Below, piece after piece: positions 39,492 to 50,491 of a stretch of 64,000 nt of DNA (the first letter of the stretch is position 1; each line of letters begins with the position of its first letter). This DNA comes from Candidatus Zixiibacteriota bacterium (lineage in GTDB: Bacteria > Zixibacteria > MSB-5A5 > UBA10806 > 4484-95). The notes beneath the pieces are model-generated. The model made no database searches. It saw only the letters and a program-made list of their open reading frames with translations, and was not told the origin of the DNA. The stretch covers positions 34,575 through 98,574 of the forward strand of contig JBBIRK010000007.1 in NCBI GenBank assembly GCA_037441845.1, read 5' to 3'. Both the position numbers and the translations under genes were made by a program.

Positions 39492-39989
39492 TTAAAAAAC
39501 TCGACCGACACTGGCGGCATATTCTTTCAGCGATTTATTTTTATAGTGACCTTCACCGACATATCCCAGCACGACTTTGAAATCCTCGATAGAAGCATAC
39601 CCGGGATAGTAATTTATCGGAGCGCCGTCGGACTCCAAAAACCATGTTTGCGGGTAGCCCGAAATTTGGTATTTCGTCGCCAGCGTCCGGCCGTTCACCT
39701 GACCCTCGGGGGCCGCTATCATTTCGTCCGACCACCCGTTTATCCGGATCGGCACGAAAAACCGCTGGATCTGTTCGGCGATTTCCTTATCGGAAAATGT
39801 CTTGTTTTCCATCTTTTTGCACCATCCACACCCCGGCCTCCAGAAATAAAGCATGACCCGTTTACCGTCGGCGGCGGCCTCGTCCAGACCGGCTTGATAT
39901 TGCCGCCAATTGATCAATTCAAGCGCGCCGGTCTGTCGGCTGCGGCACGATAATCCCGTCAGTGACGCCATGAATAATGTGAAGCCCAA
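39492..39989 (-). CDS. Exported thioredoxin-fold protein (SoxW-like)
   Basis: CGWC, GYP cis-Pro loop, GLS-C lipobox-like motif; the true start may be slightly upstream. Confidence 0.85.
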   Translation of the reverse strand: MGFTLFMASLTGLSCRSRQTGALELINWRQYQAGLDEAAADGKRVMLYFWRPGCGWCKKMENKTFSDKEIAEQIQRFFVPIRINGWSDEMIAAPEGQVNGRTLATKYQISGYPQTWFLESDGAPINYYPGYASIEDFKVVLGYVGEGHYKNKSLKEYAASVGRVF

Positions 39990-40053
39990 TGTCGCCGCGA
40001 TCGCTGTTCTTATTATTTTGCGCTCCGTGGTTGACTGATTATGAGCTATTCGG

Positions 40054-43000
40054 TCATTTTCCGTTGGTCACCTGCCAATTATTGGGAACAAGCTTCACGT
40101 TAGTCTCGCCGAATTCATTCATCAGCAGTTCGACGAATTTTTTGCTCGTTTCAACGGTGAATTTTCTCGAACGTGAAACCAATTCGGCTCCGTCATCGCG
40201 CAGATGAACAACCAGCTCGCCGTCTCCGGAATGTTGGGCAAGTTGGCTTTTTAAAAACCCCAACTTTTCATCGTTCATTTCCAGTTCATTGACATATAGA
40301 TGCAAACTGCATCTGAAAACGGCAAAGGCCTCGTTCAGCATTACGATGTCCGATGCCTTGAGTTTGGGTTTTTCACCTTCTCTGGTGCTTAATATACCCT
40401 GAATCAAAACCGCATTCCCTTCGGAAAGAAGCTTTTTCTTCTTGGTTATCAGCGATTCAAACACCAGTACTTCGATAGAATCGTTGAAGTCTTCGATCAC
40501 CATCGTGGCGAAAGGCTTCTTGTTTCGGCTGATGCTATGTCGGACGGACTGTATCACGCCGCCGACTATGATCCTCCGCCCGTCGGGCAAACCCTCAAGC
40601 AAATCCAGCGATGTATCGGCGAAAGCTCTATATTCGATAAGGTTATCCTCGAGGGGATGCGACGATAAATAGAAGCCGAGCACTTTCTTTTCCATATCCC
40701 TTTTTTGGGAATCGTTCCAGGGCGCGATTTCCTTGAGCCGGGGCGCCATGGGCGTCGCGGATTCGTCGGCGGCGGAGCCGAACAAAGACGATTGCCCGAT
40801 ATCCGACTGACGACGCTCGGCCGCCCCGAATCCTATCAACAACTCGATATTCTCGTACAGCTCCGCCCGATTCGGATACAACGAATCGAATGCTCCGCAA
40901 GCGACCAGACTCTCGAGGGCTTTTTTATTCACCAAGCGAAGATCGACTCGCTGGCAAAAATCAAAAATGCTGGTGAAAGGGCCGCGTTCGCTGCGTTCTT
41001 TGACGATCGATTCGGCTGCGCCCACGCCGACATTTTTCACAGCGGCGAGACCGAAAATAATGCGGTCGTTTTCGACACAAAAATAAGCACGACTCCGATT
41101 CACGTCCGGCGGAAGCAGCTCGATTCCCATCTCATGGCATTCCTTACGGAAAAGCATTATCCTGGAGGCGTCGCTCATTTCGGAGGTCATCGATGCGGCC
41201 AGGAATTCGTGGGGAAAATGGCATTTGAGGAAGGCGGTCTTGTAAGCGATGACCGCGTAACCGGCGGAGTGGGCTTTCACGAATCCGTAGCGACCGAACG
41301 TTTCCATTTGATCGAACACCTTTTCAGCGATTTCTTTGTGTATTCCCCGCTGAGCAGCCCCCTCGATAAACTCCGTTTTCTGCGCGGCCATGACGTCGGC
41401 CTGCTTTTTCCCCATCGCTTTGCGTAGAATATCGGCTTTTCCCAGCGAAAATCCCCCCATCTCTCGGGCGATTTTCAGCACCTGCTCCTGAAACACGATT
41501 ACGCCATATGTATCCTTCAGGATCGGTTCGAGCAGGGGGTGTTCGTATTTGATCTTTTCTTTGCCATTTTTGCATTTGATATATACGTCGGTCATGCCCG
41601 AGTCGAGCGGCCCCGGCCGATAAAGCGCATTCATGGCGATCAGGTCTTCGATACAGGTTGGACCGAGCTGCCGCAAATATTCCCGCATGCCGGACGATTC
41701 GAATTGAAAAACCCCGAAAGTGCGCCCCGCGGCGAACAGCCGATAGACTTCCGGATCGTCAATAGGCATCGAATCCGGATCGAAGTCGATCCCCCGATTA
41801 CGTTTAATTTCCGCCACCGTATCTTCGATAACGGTGAGCGTTTTCAACCCAAGAAAATCCATTTTGATCAGTCCGATTTCCTCGATACAGCGCATGTCGT
41901 ATTGGGTGGTGATTTCATCTTTGTTCGATTGGTAAAGCGGCACGAATTCGGTAAGCGGGGCGGGTGCGATAACCACGCCGGCGGCATGAGTAGAGGCATG
42001 CCGGGCAAGCCCCTCGAGCACCATCGAATATTCGATTACCCTGGCGATATCCGGATTGTTGGCCTTTTCGTTGCGAAGATCGGCCGACAGCTCGAGAGCG
42101 CGCTCGAGTTTCACGGCGTCCTCATTTGGAATCATTTTCGCCACTCGATCCATCTGGCCGTAAGGGACACCCAGCACGCGACCGACGTCACGGACCACCG
42201 CGCGGGCGGCCATCGTCCCGAACGTGATGATCTGGGCCACGTTTTCGCGGCCGTATTTTCGGGTTACGTATTCTATAACCTGATCGCGCTTGCGATCGGA
42301 AAAATCGATATCGATATCGGGCATGGAAACGCGCTCAGGATTCAGAAACCTCTCGAATAGCAGGTTGTAATGTATCGGATCGATATCGGTAATCCGCAAA
42401 CAATAGGATACCAGCGAACCGGCGGCCGATCCTCGACCGGGCCCCACCGAAACTCCGATTTCCCGCGCGTAATCGATAAAATCCTTCACGATCAGAAAAT
42501 ACCCCGAATATCCCATCTGGCGGATTACGCCCAATTCGTATTCGAGACGCTTTTCCACTTCCGGAGTGATCGTTTTATAGCGACGGGCCAATCCTTCGCG
42601 GGCCACGATCTCGAGGTATTGATCCGGCGAGTCATACCCATCGGGCAGAGGAAATTTCGGCACCAAATTTTGATGCAGAGCGATTTTCAAATCGCACCTT
42701 TCGGCTATTTTCAAAGAGTTTTCGATCGCCTCGGGGACATCGGAAAAAAGCTCTTTCATCTGGTCCGCCGATTTGAAATACAATTGATCGGTGGGATAGC
42801 GCATCCGCTCTTTATCGGCTATAACCTTGCCGGTTTGCAGACACAGCAGAGCATCGTGGGCAAGGTGATGCTCCTGGCGGAGATAATGGCAGTCGTTGGT
42901 GGCCACCAAGCCCAAAGCGAATTGTCGGGCTACTCGTTTGACGGCCGAGCGTACGGCCGCCTCCTCAGCCAAACCGTGGTCCTGTATTTCCAGATAAAAA

Positions 43001-43521
43001 TCATTCTTATCGAAAATCTCCAGATAACTTTCTATCGTTTCGCTGAGCTTTTTTTCGTCACCTTTCAAGGCGGCGGCGGCGACTTCTCCTTTAAGGCAGG
43101 CGCTTAAACAAATCAAACCTTCGGCATGCCGGGCCAGCTCTTTTTTATCGATCCTCGGCTTGAAATAAAACCCCTCGAGGTAAGCAAGCGATGACAGTTT
43201 GAGCAGGTTTTTGTATCCCTGCTCGTTTTTCGCCAGCAGGATCAAATGATAGCCGCCCTCGGGAACCCCGGGAACCGGCTTTTTATAGCGGCAATCACCG
43301 GGTACGATATAGGTCTCGATGCCGATAATCGGGTTTATTCCGTGCTTCAGCGCTTGTTTATAAAACTCGATCGCACCGAATAGATTCCCGTGGTCGGTGA
43401 TCGCCAGCGATTTCATGCCCATTTCGGCGGCGGTTGCAAGCAGTTGGGGAATCTTTATGGCGCCATCGAGCAGCGAGTACATGGTATGATTATGCAGATG
43501 CACGAAATCGGAACTATCCAT
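40054..43521 (-). CDS. dnaE: DNA polymerase III subunit alpha
   Basis: FVHLHNHTMYSLLDG, GRGSAAGS, PDIDIDF, KMDFLGL; no intein-sized insertion. Confidence 0.98.
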   Translation of the reverse strand: MDSSDFVHLHNHTMYSLLDGAIKIPQLLATAAEMGMKSLAITDHGNLFGAIEFYKQALKHGINPIIGIETYIVPGDCRYKKPVPGVPEGGYHLILLAKNEQGYKNLLKLSSLAYLEGFYFKPRIDKKELARHAEGLICLSACLKGEVAAAALKGDEKKLSETIESYLEIFDKNDFYLEIQDHGLAEEAAVRSAVKRVARQFALGLVATNDCHYLRQEHHLAHDALLCLQTGKVIADKERMRYPTDQLYFKSADQMKELFSDVPEAIENSLKIAERCDLKIALHQNLVPKFPLPDGYDSPDQYLEIVAREGLARRYKTITPEVEKRLEYELGVIRQMGYSGYFLIVKDFIDYAREIGVSVGPGRGSAAGSLVSYCLRITDIDPIHYNLLFERFLNPERVSMPDIDIDFSDRKRDQVIEYVTRKYGRENVAQIITFGTMAARAVVRDVGRVLGVPYGQMDRVAKMIPNEDAVKLERALELSADLRNEKANNPDIARVIEYSMVLEGLARHASTHAAGVVIAPAPLTEFVPLYQSNKDEITTQYDMRCIEEIGLIKMDFLGLKTLTVIEDTVAEIKRNRGIDFDPDSMPIDDPEVYRLFAAGRTFGVFQFESSGMREYLRQLGPTCIEDLIAMNALYRPGPLDSGMTDVYIKCKNGKEKIKYEHPLLEPILKDTYGVIVFQEQVLKIAREMGGFSLGKADILRKAMGKKQADVMAAQKTEFIEGAAQRGIHKEIAEKVFDQMETFGRYGFVKAHSAGYAVIAYKTAFLKCHFPHEFLAASMTSEMSDASRIMLFRKECHEMGIELLPPDVNRSRAYFCVENDRIIFGLAAVKNVGVGAAESIVKERSERGPFTSIFDFCQRVDLRLVNKKALESLVACGAFDSLYPNRAELYENIELLIGFGAAERRQSDIGQSSLFGSAADESATPMAPRLKEIAPWNDSQKRDMEKKVLGFYLSSHPLEDNLIEYRAFADTSLDLLEGLPDGRRIIVGGVIQSVRHSISRNKKPFATMVIEDFNDSIEVLVFESLITKKKKLLSEGNAVLIQGILSTREGEKPKLKASDIVMLNEAFAVFRCSLHLYVNELEMNDEKLGFLKSQLAQHSGDGELVVHLRDDGAELVSRSRKFTVETSKKFVELLMNEFGETNVKLVPNNWQVTNGK

Positions 43522-43810
43522 CGTTTTCGGATCCTTTCAAGAAAGTCACAATCGAATTCCGGCACTCCTGACAGATCTTCTGATCGAGATCGTAAATCAC
43601 TTGTTCCTCCAGCTCTCTCGCGGTCAGAGGCGACCGCTCGATGCTTTCTATTATTTCCATGGGCGATTTATGAAAAGCCGCCGGGTCGAGATAACCATCG
43701 AAATCCGATACGAGCGTCACTTTCAATCTGTAATTGTCGCCGCCTTTGCGCAGCCGCCTTCCACAGCGCTCGCATCTGCTTTTGCGATCGTCGCTCATAT
43801 CATTAAACAT
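43514..43810 (-). CDS. Small CxxC-CxxC zinc-finger hypothetical protein
   Basis: CERC...CQEC; overlaps the dnaE start. Confidence 0.7.
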   Translation of the reverse strand: MFNDMSDDRKSRCERCGRRLRKGGDNYRLKVTLVSDFDGYLDPAAFHKSPMEIIESIERSPLTARELEEQVIYDLDQKICQECRNSIVTFLKGSENDG

Positions 43811-43829
43811 ATGCGGCTTTTCCGCCGGT

Positions 43830-44495
43830 TCAATCTTTTTCCAAAATTTTGAATAGAACCATGCCCGCCAAAAAACCGCCGATATGGGCGAAATAAGCCA
43901 CACCGCCTTCGGAATCGCCGACGGACGGCGCACCCACGATAAGTTGAAAGATAAACCAGAAACCGAGAAACACCAGCGCCGGAATACTCACTATTCTGAC
44001 AAAGAAAAAGACGAATATCAAGGTGTAAATGCGAGCCCGCGGAAATCTGATAAGATATGCTCCCATCACGCCCGCTATGGCTCCCGATGCCCCGATGATC
44101 GGCACCTCGGAGTTCGGCGAAACGATCACCTGAGCCAAAATCGCCAAGACTCCGCAGCAAAGGTAAAAAAACAAAAAGCGTAAGTGCCCGAGACGATCCT
44201 CAACGTTATCGCCGAATATCCATAAGAAAAGCATATTGCCGCCGAGATGCATGAAACCGCCGTGCAAAAACTGAGCCGTAATCAGCGTAAGCGGCGGGAA
44301 AAGGTTTGAATCCGGATGAACCGGGCTGAATGTAATTATCGATCTTGCCACGGCTCCGAATTTCCAGATAAACATGGTCTGAAAAGGTCCGAGCAGCTGC
44401 TGATACGCGAAAACCCCCACATTGAGCAAAATCAAGCCAACGGTGATAAACGGATAACGTCTGGAGGGAATGTCGTCTTTGAGCGGAAGCATCAA
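43830..44495 (-). CDS. Rhomboid intramembrane serine protease
   Basis: FLHGGFMHLGGNM, GASG, AHIGG. Confidence 0.95.
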   Translation of the reverse strand: MMLPLKDDIPSRRYPFITVGLILLNVGVFAYQQLLGPFQTMFIWKFGAVARSIITFSPVHPDSNLFPPLTLITAQFLHGGFMHLGGNMLFLWIFGDNVEDRLGHLRFLFFYLCCGVLAILAQVIVSPNSEVPIIGASGAIAGVMGAYLIRFPRARIYTLIFVFFFVRIVSIPALVFLGFWFIFQLIVGAPSVGDSEGGVAYFAHIGGFLAGMVLFKILEKD

Positions 44496-46672
44496 TACTT
44501 TCCGAAAATGGCGAATTTAACGGTTGCGGTTTTCGTGTTACCCTGATTGTCGGTGGCTTTGATAGAAACGAAATGCTCGCCCTGCCGCAAAGGATTTGCA
44601 ATTTGATAGGTGTAAGTTTCGGTGGTGATGTCATAATCGGCCGGTACCCAAAGATCGTCGATTTTTATTTCCAGCTGCCACTCCCGACTAAAGCCGGAAA
44701 GGTCGTCCGAAATCCGACACTCGATTCGAGGTGTTCGCGTTCGCACCGCGCTTCCCGGCGCCGGGCTGATATTCGTTATCGAAGGCGGTTGCCGATCCTC
44801 GATAATCGCGAAATCGCCCCCGGAACCGACGAAAAACTCTTTGGTCGGGGAATCGAAGCGGGTCATAAAGACGGGCTTTTCGTCGGTCGGATTGATCCAA
44901 TAAATTCCCATCTTGTCCGTCCTCGGGGTCGAATCGGGCAGCTTGACGCTGACGGCTGCATTTTCGCGGAATAGCAGATCTACCGGTTCGATTTTGAAAA
45001 GATAGCGATCGTTTTTTCTGGTCAGATCAGTAATCCGGATCGGCGATCGGCCATAGAGATTGCGCTCGGCGATCGATAAACGGATAAGCGAATCGGCCGA
45101 GTGAACGATCTTATCGCCGCCGATCAAGTGCACCTTATAAACGGAACGGCCGTTTCCGTCGGTGATTTCGATCTTGTCCGTCCGCGCCGGCAGCGGTATA
45201 AGTCCCTGAACAAACTTTCCGTCGATATCCGACAGATTGAAATTTCCGTCTTCGATCCGATTCCCATTCAGATACAGCTCTTGCGCCCGGTCCACCGTAA
45301 TCGCCAGATAATCCCCAAAGCAAAAGAAATCATCGCTTTTTGGATCGGCCGTGAAATGAATCCACCGGCTGCTTTTTCCTTCTGCGTCCGCAATCCGCAT
45401 TCGATAGATCGCAGACCGAGCGCGGCCGGAAAATCGCAATTGATTCGTCGAACCGTCGAACTTTGAATCGATATCAATATATAGTCCTGCGGAATCCGTG
45501 CAATATTGCAATTCGACTTCATATTGCGGCGGCAATCGATCCATCACGAGAGTGATTGTCGCATCGCTTTTAACCAGCCTCCGCAATAGCGGCGGCTCCA
45601 GTTCGGCTTTCTTGAGATGGAACACCAGTGAATCCGCATTCCCCGAAAAATCGCCGACCACGATACGGCATTCGTGCACAGCGCCGTCGAGTTTCTTGGT
45701 ATCGATTATTCCGGCCGGATATCGATATGAGCCGTAAAACCGCTGCTTGTCTTCAGGCTGAACATACAAGCGATAGAAGGCGTTCTTATCTTGATCCGGC
45801 GATTGCTTATCGGTTTTCGAGAGCAACGAGGTCATTTCCTGATCGTTTACATATTTTATCTGGCGGCCGGTGGTGTAGTCGAGCGTATCGCGCTTGAAAG
45901 AAAATATTATGCGGCCGTCCAGAACCAGCCTGGCCCAATTTATTCCATAATTGAATCCGTCGCCCGGGTCATAAGCGCCCACGGACAAAACGGTCTGGCC
46001 GTAGGCGATTACGGTATCGATCGCCGCAGCATCGGCCGCCGATGATATTTCGATAATCTCCCGGTCATGATAGTTATAAGCACCATATTCTGTTAAATAG
46101 CGCTTTACCGCAAGGCGTTTTATGATGGGAGGCCGTCTGTCGCCGAGCGAGGGAAGATAATGGAGCGGATTTATGGGATAGTTGTCGGGGTCGCGGGTTT
46201 CAAGGTGAAGATGAGGGTAGCCGACTCCGCTTCGCCCGCTGTAGGCGATATGCGCACCCCTTTTCACCGGAAATTCCGAAGGTGAAAACACTATTTCCTG
46301 AAAATAGTTTCGACTGGACATCTGCGCCTTTTTCAACCTTTCGTTCAGCTCGGGCATAAACCTATCGAGATGGCCGTATACCGCCATGCCGCCGTCGTTA
46401 AGCCTTAAATACAGCGCTTTGCCGTAACCCCAAAAAGAGGTCCGCACTTTGAATATGTAGCCGTCGGCGATGGCATAAACACGCAGACCGGTTCTGCCCT
46501 GGGTTCTCAAATCGATCCCGGCATGCCAGTGCCCTCCTCTATAATCCCCGAATCGGGAGGTCGACTCGATGGGAATTTTCAGGGGCCAGGAGTAAAACGA
46601 ATCCTGTCCGAAACAATCAACCGAACAAAGAATAAAAAGCATAAAGACAAGAAACCGTGATTTGGAACTCAT
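44492..46672 (-). CDS. Large secreted M23 family peptidase with C-terminal Ig-like domains
   Basis: HAGIDLR, YGHL, PHLHLE; signal peptide. Confidence 0.88.
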   Translation of the reverse strand: MSSKSRFLVFMLFILCSVDCFGQDSFYSWPLKIPIESTSRFGDYRGGHWHAGIDLRTQGRTGLRVYAIADGYIFKVRTSFWGYGKALYLRLNDGGMAVYGHLDRFMPELNERLKKAQMSSRNYFQEIVFSPSEFPVKRGAHIAYSGRSGVGYPHLHLETRDPDNYPINPLHYLPSLGDRRPPIIKRLAVKRYLTEYGAYNYHDREIIEISSAADAAAIDTVIAYGQTVLSVGAYDPGDGFNYGINWARLVLDGRIIFSFKRDTLDYTTGRQIKYVNDQEMTSLLSKTDKQSPDQDKNAFYRLYVQPEDKQRFYGSYRYPAGIIDTKKLDGAVHECRIVVGDFSGNADSLVFHLKKAELEPPLLRRLVKSDATITLVMDRLPPQYEVELQYCTDSAGLYIDIDSKFDGSTNQLRFSGRARSAIYRMRIADAEGKSSRWIHFTADPKSDDFFCFGDYLAITVDRAQELYLNGNRIEDGNFNLSDIDGKFVQGLIPLPARTDKIEITDGNGRSVYKVHLIGGDKIVHSADSLIRLSIAERNLYGRSPIRITDLTRKNDRYLFKIEPVDLLFRENAAVSVKLPDSTPRTDKMGIYWINPTDEKPVFMTRFDSPTKEFFVGSGGDFAIIEDRQPPSITNISPAPGSAVRTRTPRIECRISDDLSGFSREWQLEIKIDDLWVPADYDITTETYTYQIANPLRQGEHFVSIKATDNQGNTKTATVKFAIFGKY

Positions 46673-46678
46673 GCGTGC

Positions 46679-46707
46679 ATAATATCGGGCGGGCCGCCCG
46701 AGGTCAA
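46679..46707 (-). promoter_or_regulatory. Putative promoter giving a leaderless transcript
   Basis: TTGACC-17-TATTAT; the ATG A (46672) is 7 nt after the -10 box. Confidence 0.55.
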
Positions 46708-46879
46708 GCCTTTAAGCCGTTGTTGGGATCGAACAACGACTCAGGATACGGCCGCTTTCCGCCGATAGCGATTTTAATTGAAATGGGCCGGGCTTTTTTT
46801 TATTTTGCGGCGTAATATTTAGAGCGATTTCGGTCGATTCATATATCGACGGCAAAAATTGAGGAGGAGTTTACCTCGT

Positions 46880-48721
46880 ATGATGAAATCAATGCGGAAT
46901 GCGGCGAAGCCGATTTATCTGGTAGTGATTCTGGCGTTCGTGGGCACGATCATTTTCGCCTGGGGCATGGAATTTTCCCACAGACGCGACCGCCATCCGG
47001 GCGTAATCGGCAAGATCAACGACGACGAAGTCAGTGTCGACCAATACTATCGCATATACGAATCCAAGTATCAGGAACTCTTGAAAACCAATTCCGATCC
47101 CTCGGAAGCCGACCTGGAAAGAGTGCGAAACGAGGCCTGGCAGTTCCTGGTATCGCAAACCCTGCTTCAGCAACAGATCGAAAAGAATAAGATCGTTCTC
47201 ACCGACGCCGAACTGGCCGAATATGTGAAGTACGTTCCGCCCCAGGAATTTTATCAGGCGGAAGAACTGCAGACGAACGGGCAGTTCGACTTCAGTAAAT
47301 ATCAAAACTATATCCAGTCGCTGGCCAGCTCTCAGGATCCACGGGCGGAGCAGATGCTCATGATCATAGAGCAATCGGTGCGATCGCAGATAATGGTTTC
47401 CAAATTGCAGGAACTGGTCGTGTCAACGGCGATCGTCTCCCCGGCCGAGGTCGAAGAAGATTTTCGGGAAAAAGGCGAAAAGATGCAGGTAAATTTCATT
47501 TTTCTTTCCGGAAATAATATCGACACCTCGGGCATAACAGTGAGCGAATCGGAAATCAAAGCCAGATACGAACAAGTGAAAGAGAAAGAATTCAAATCCG
47601 ACCCGACGGCCACGCTTAGATATATCATGCTCAACAAGGTCGCCTCGGCGGCCGACGATTCCGCCGCCAAGTTGCAAATCGATGAATTATACCGGCGGGC
47701 CTTGGCGGGAGAGGATTTCGCCGCTCTGGCGATGGAAAATTCGCAGGACCCGGGCAGCGGAAAAAACGGCGGTGATCTCGGCTGGTTCGGCCGGGGAAGG
47801 ATGGTGAAACCTTTTGAAGATGCCGCTTTCGGCTTGAAAAATATCGGGGACATATCGGCTCCCGTCAAATCGCAGTTCGGCTGGCACATAATCAAGCTCA
47901 CCGGCCGCAAAACCGAAAAAAACGCAAAAGGTGAAAACGAGGAACAGATTCAAGCCAGCCACATATTATTGAAAGTGGAACCATCGCCGGCCACTCTGAC
48001 CAAATTGCAGGACCAGGCTCACGAACTAAAACAAATAGCCGAGGCGAAAAATATCGACGAAGCGGCCAAAACGGCGGACCTGAGCGTGATGGAGACCAAG
48101 CCTTTCGGCAAGGGTCAATACGTTCCCGGGATCGGCCAGGAGCCGCAGCTTGTCGAGTTCGCTTTCGAGGCCAAGCCGGGCGCAATCAGTGATATCAAAG
48201 AAACAAAACAAGCGTTCATAATCGCCACGCCCGGAACTAGGAAGCCAGCCGGATATAAAAGTTTCGATGAGGTCAAGGCCCAGCTCGAAAAAACGATAAA
48301 GGTCGAAAAGATGGTCGATCGGGCTTTCGCCAAAGCCGAAAAGCTTTACGGCGAACTTGAAGCCGGCGCCACTCTCAAAATGATCAGTGAAAGAGAGAAT
48401 CTGCCGATCAAGGAAACGCGACCGTTCGCCCGCCACGAGTTCGTCGATTTCGTCGGCAGCGAACCGGCATTCATCGGAGCGGCGTTCCACCTTTCGGAAA
48501 CGAATCGTTACTCCAAGCCGGTCCGCGTAAAAACCGGAGTGTATCTGCTCGAATACGTAAACCGTATCCCCGCCGATATGTCAAGATACGCGGCCATGTC
48601 GGATTCACTTTACAAAGAGGCGGTGAACAAAAAGCGAAACGATTTGTGGCAAGCTTGGTTCAGGAATCTGACCAACACCGCCAAAATCGAGGATTACCGA
48701 AACGATGCCGGCGGCGCCTGA
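46880..48721 (+). CDS. PpiD/SurA-like membrane-anchored parvulin peptidyl-prolyl isomerase
   Basis: N-terminal TM, SurA_N-like region, [35 protein letters not shown]. Confidence 0.9.
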   Translation: MMKSMRNAAKPIYLVVILAFVGTIIFAWGMEFSHRRDRHPGVIGKINDDEVSVDQYYRIYESKYQELLKTNSDPSEADLERVRNEAWQFLVSQTLLQQQIEKNKIVLTDAELAEYVKYVPPQEFYQAEELQTNGQFDFSKYQNYIQSLASSQDPRAEQMLMIIEQSVRSQIMVSKLQELVVSTAIVSPAEVEEDFREKGEKMQVNFIFLSGNNIDTSGITVSESEIKARYEQVKEKEFKSDPTATLRYIMLNKVASAADDSAAKLQIDELYRRALAGEDFAALAMENSQDPGSGKNGGDLGWFGRGRMVKPFEDAAFGLKNIGDISAPVKSQFGWHIIKLTGRKTEKNAKGENEEQIQASHILLKVEPSPATLTKLQDQAHELKQIAEAKNIDEAAKTADLSVMETKPFGKGQYVPGIGQEPQLVEFAFEAKPGAISDIKETKQAFIIATPGTRKPAGYKSFDEVKAQLEKTIKVEKMVDRAFAKAEKLYGELEAGATLKMISERENLPIKETRPFARHEFVDFVGSEPAFIGAAFHLSETNRYSKPVRVKTGVYLLEYVNRIPADMSRYAAMSDSLYKEAVNKKRNDLWQAWFRNLTNTAKIEDYRNDAGGA

Positions 48722-49124
48722 ACATTGGCAGACAAAATCGCAATCTAACATTCGGCCCCGCCACCCCAAATTTCATTCAGGCGGGGCATCGTTATTGTGG
48801 CTGATCATTTTATTGATCGTAGCCGGATGCTCCCAAAACCATCCTATGGAAGATGAAAGGAAATTCATCGAATCGTATTGCGAGATAATGCGTTTCTATT
48901 CCGAAAGTGTTTTTGATTCGGCTCAATATCGAATAGGCGTGGATAGTATTCTGGCCAATCACGGAGTCGATCGGCGATTCATGAGAAATTTCGTGGACAA
49001 TTTGGCAGGCGATGCGGAAACGCAAAAACGTATTTTCAAGGAAATCGCTCGAATAAGCAGTTTACCCGATTCGATATCAACGAAAGCCGGGCGTTCAAAA
49101 AGCGTCTCATCCGAAATCCCCTAA
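48705..49124 (+). CDS. Small helical lipoprotein (DUF4296-like), start uncertain
   Basis: IVAG-C lipobox; DSILANHGV motif. Confidence 0.55.
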   Translation: MPAAPEHWQTKSQSNIRPRHPKFHSGGASLLWLIILLIVAGCSQNHPMEDERKFIESYCEIMRFYSESVFDSAQYRIGVDSILANHGVDRRFMRNFVDNLAGDAETQKRIFKEIARISSLPDSISTKAGRSKSVSSEIP

Positions 49125-49213
49125 AATTCATAGATAAGAAATCAGTTCGCCACCATAAATGACCAATGCGAAATCCCGCCGCCGGCAACGGCAAAATCGA
49201 TAATCAGCTGTTT

Positions 49214-49594
49214 TCAGTCCAGGTCATCCGGCGCCCGAAATGCGTCTTCAATATGATCGACCGCACTATCACCTGCGGCCAGGTTCACGATCATCACATC
49301 GAATCGGCAGGAATAGTCGTCATCTTGATCGATTTGGGAAAGATAGGCCCGTGCCGCGTGGGCGATGCGCTTCAGCTTGCGCAAATCAAGGCGATACTCG
49401 GGCTGATTGAATTCGGGAGAAGCGAAACTTTTAACTTCGATAAACACGATCGTCTTTCCATCGCGGGCGATAATATCGATTTCGGGAGAGCGCAACCGCC
49501 CTTTGCCTCTCCAGTTTCTGGCCAGTATTTCATAACCGTTCTTAATCAGAAAATCGCAAGCGAGGACTTCACCTTCGGCACCTTTTCTCCTCAT
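49214..49594 (-). CDS. yraN: YraN family endonuclease-like protein
   Basis: GAEGEVLA..GYEILARNW..EIDII..FIEVK..RFDV; TAATG overlap with the upstream gene. Confidence 0.9.
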   Translation of the reverse strand: MRRKGAEGEVLACDFLIKNGYEILARNWRGKGRLRSPEIDIIARDGKTIVFIEVKSFASPEFNQPEYRLDLRKLKRIAHAARAYLSQIDQDDDYSCRFDVMIVNLAAGDSAVDHIEDAFRAPDDLD

Positions 49595-50031
49595 TAAGAT
49601 CGACTCCCGATCGTCCGGGCGGCTATCGAGGTCACGATAACCGCCAGCAAAAGACGCGGCAGCACCAGTATCCACCATACGGCACCCTGGGCCACGAAAA
49701 GCAGTGTGTCCTCCATTATGGCGTGAAACAGCCCGAGAAACACGGCAACCAGAAATGCCTGATCACTGCCGATCCGCCCCTTTTTGGTTTCTCCTATTAG
49801 TACTCCGGCACCATACGATATGCCGAACAGCATTCCGGCCAAAAGCGGGAAAACGGAATCTTTCTTGAAACCCAAAAATTCGATAGCCGGAGCTATTCCT
49901 TTTACGATTTTTTCGAGAATTCCGTAACCGCGCGATATCTCGAGAGCGATCATCAACGGCATGATTATGACGAAAACCATTCCGAGCAATTTGATCAACC
50001 CAAGCGATGTGGCGACGGCGAAATCGATCAT
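49594..50031 (-). CDS. Nucleoside-recognition (Gate) domain membrane protein
   Basis: GISYGAGV, HAIMEDTLLF. Confidence 0.8.
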   Translation of the reverse strand: MIDFAVATSLGLIKLLGMVFVIIMPLMIALEISRGYGILEKIVKGIAPAIEFLGFKKDSVFPLLAGMLFGISYGAGVLIGETKKGRIGSDQAFLVAVFLGLFHAIMEDTLLFVAQGAVWWILVLPRLLLAVIVTSIAARTIGSRS

Positions 50032-50483
50032 AGCGTTTCCGGAAGCAACAGGTTCAAGAGAAAACCCATGCCGAGACCGACGATCATGCGCAATGAAAAA
50101 ACCACCCAAGGACGGGCGTTCATCCGCGCCACGACCGCCGTTTCCATGAAATGCGTGTGCGAAATTCCCAGCATGACCCCCAATATGGTAACCTGCCTGG
50201 CGGTCAGTCCCAAACCGGCGAAAGCGGCTATGGCAGCATAGATATTTATGGTCCAGCCCAACACTATCGCCAACGCGGTGCCTCCGGGCAGACCGAAATA
50301 TTTCATGTAAGGAGTAAGATGGTCCGAAATAATCCCGAGGATTTCCAGGTGTTTCAGCAGCGATACGAAAACATATACCGGAGCCATTATTTTCAGCAAA
50401 GCCAAGAAAGAATACATGCCCTGCCGGACGCCCTCCAGTATCAGCTGAATCAGCGATCTATCGACGGGCTTAACCGCAGACAA
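50028..50483 (-). CDS. Nucleoside-recognition (Gate) domain membrane protein
   Basis: PYMKYFGLPG, NIYAAI, SHTHFMET; paired with the next gene. Confidence 0.8.
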   Translation of the reverse strand: MSAVKPVDRSLIQLILEGVRQGMYSFLALLKIMAPVYVFVSLLKHLEILGIISDHLTPYMKYFGLPGGTALAIVLGWTINIYAAIAAFAGLGLTARQVTILGVMLGISHTHFMETAVVARMNARPWVVFSLRMIVGLGMGFLLNLLLPETL

Positions 50484-50491
50484 GGGATTAC

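Noticed and set aside
39989..40030. Non-canonical ATA start for the thioredoxin gene (GGAG-6 nt-ATA would restore a basic signal-peptide N-region)
   Set aside because: Plausible but cannot be distinguished from the TTG start without ortholog alignments or Ribo-seq.
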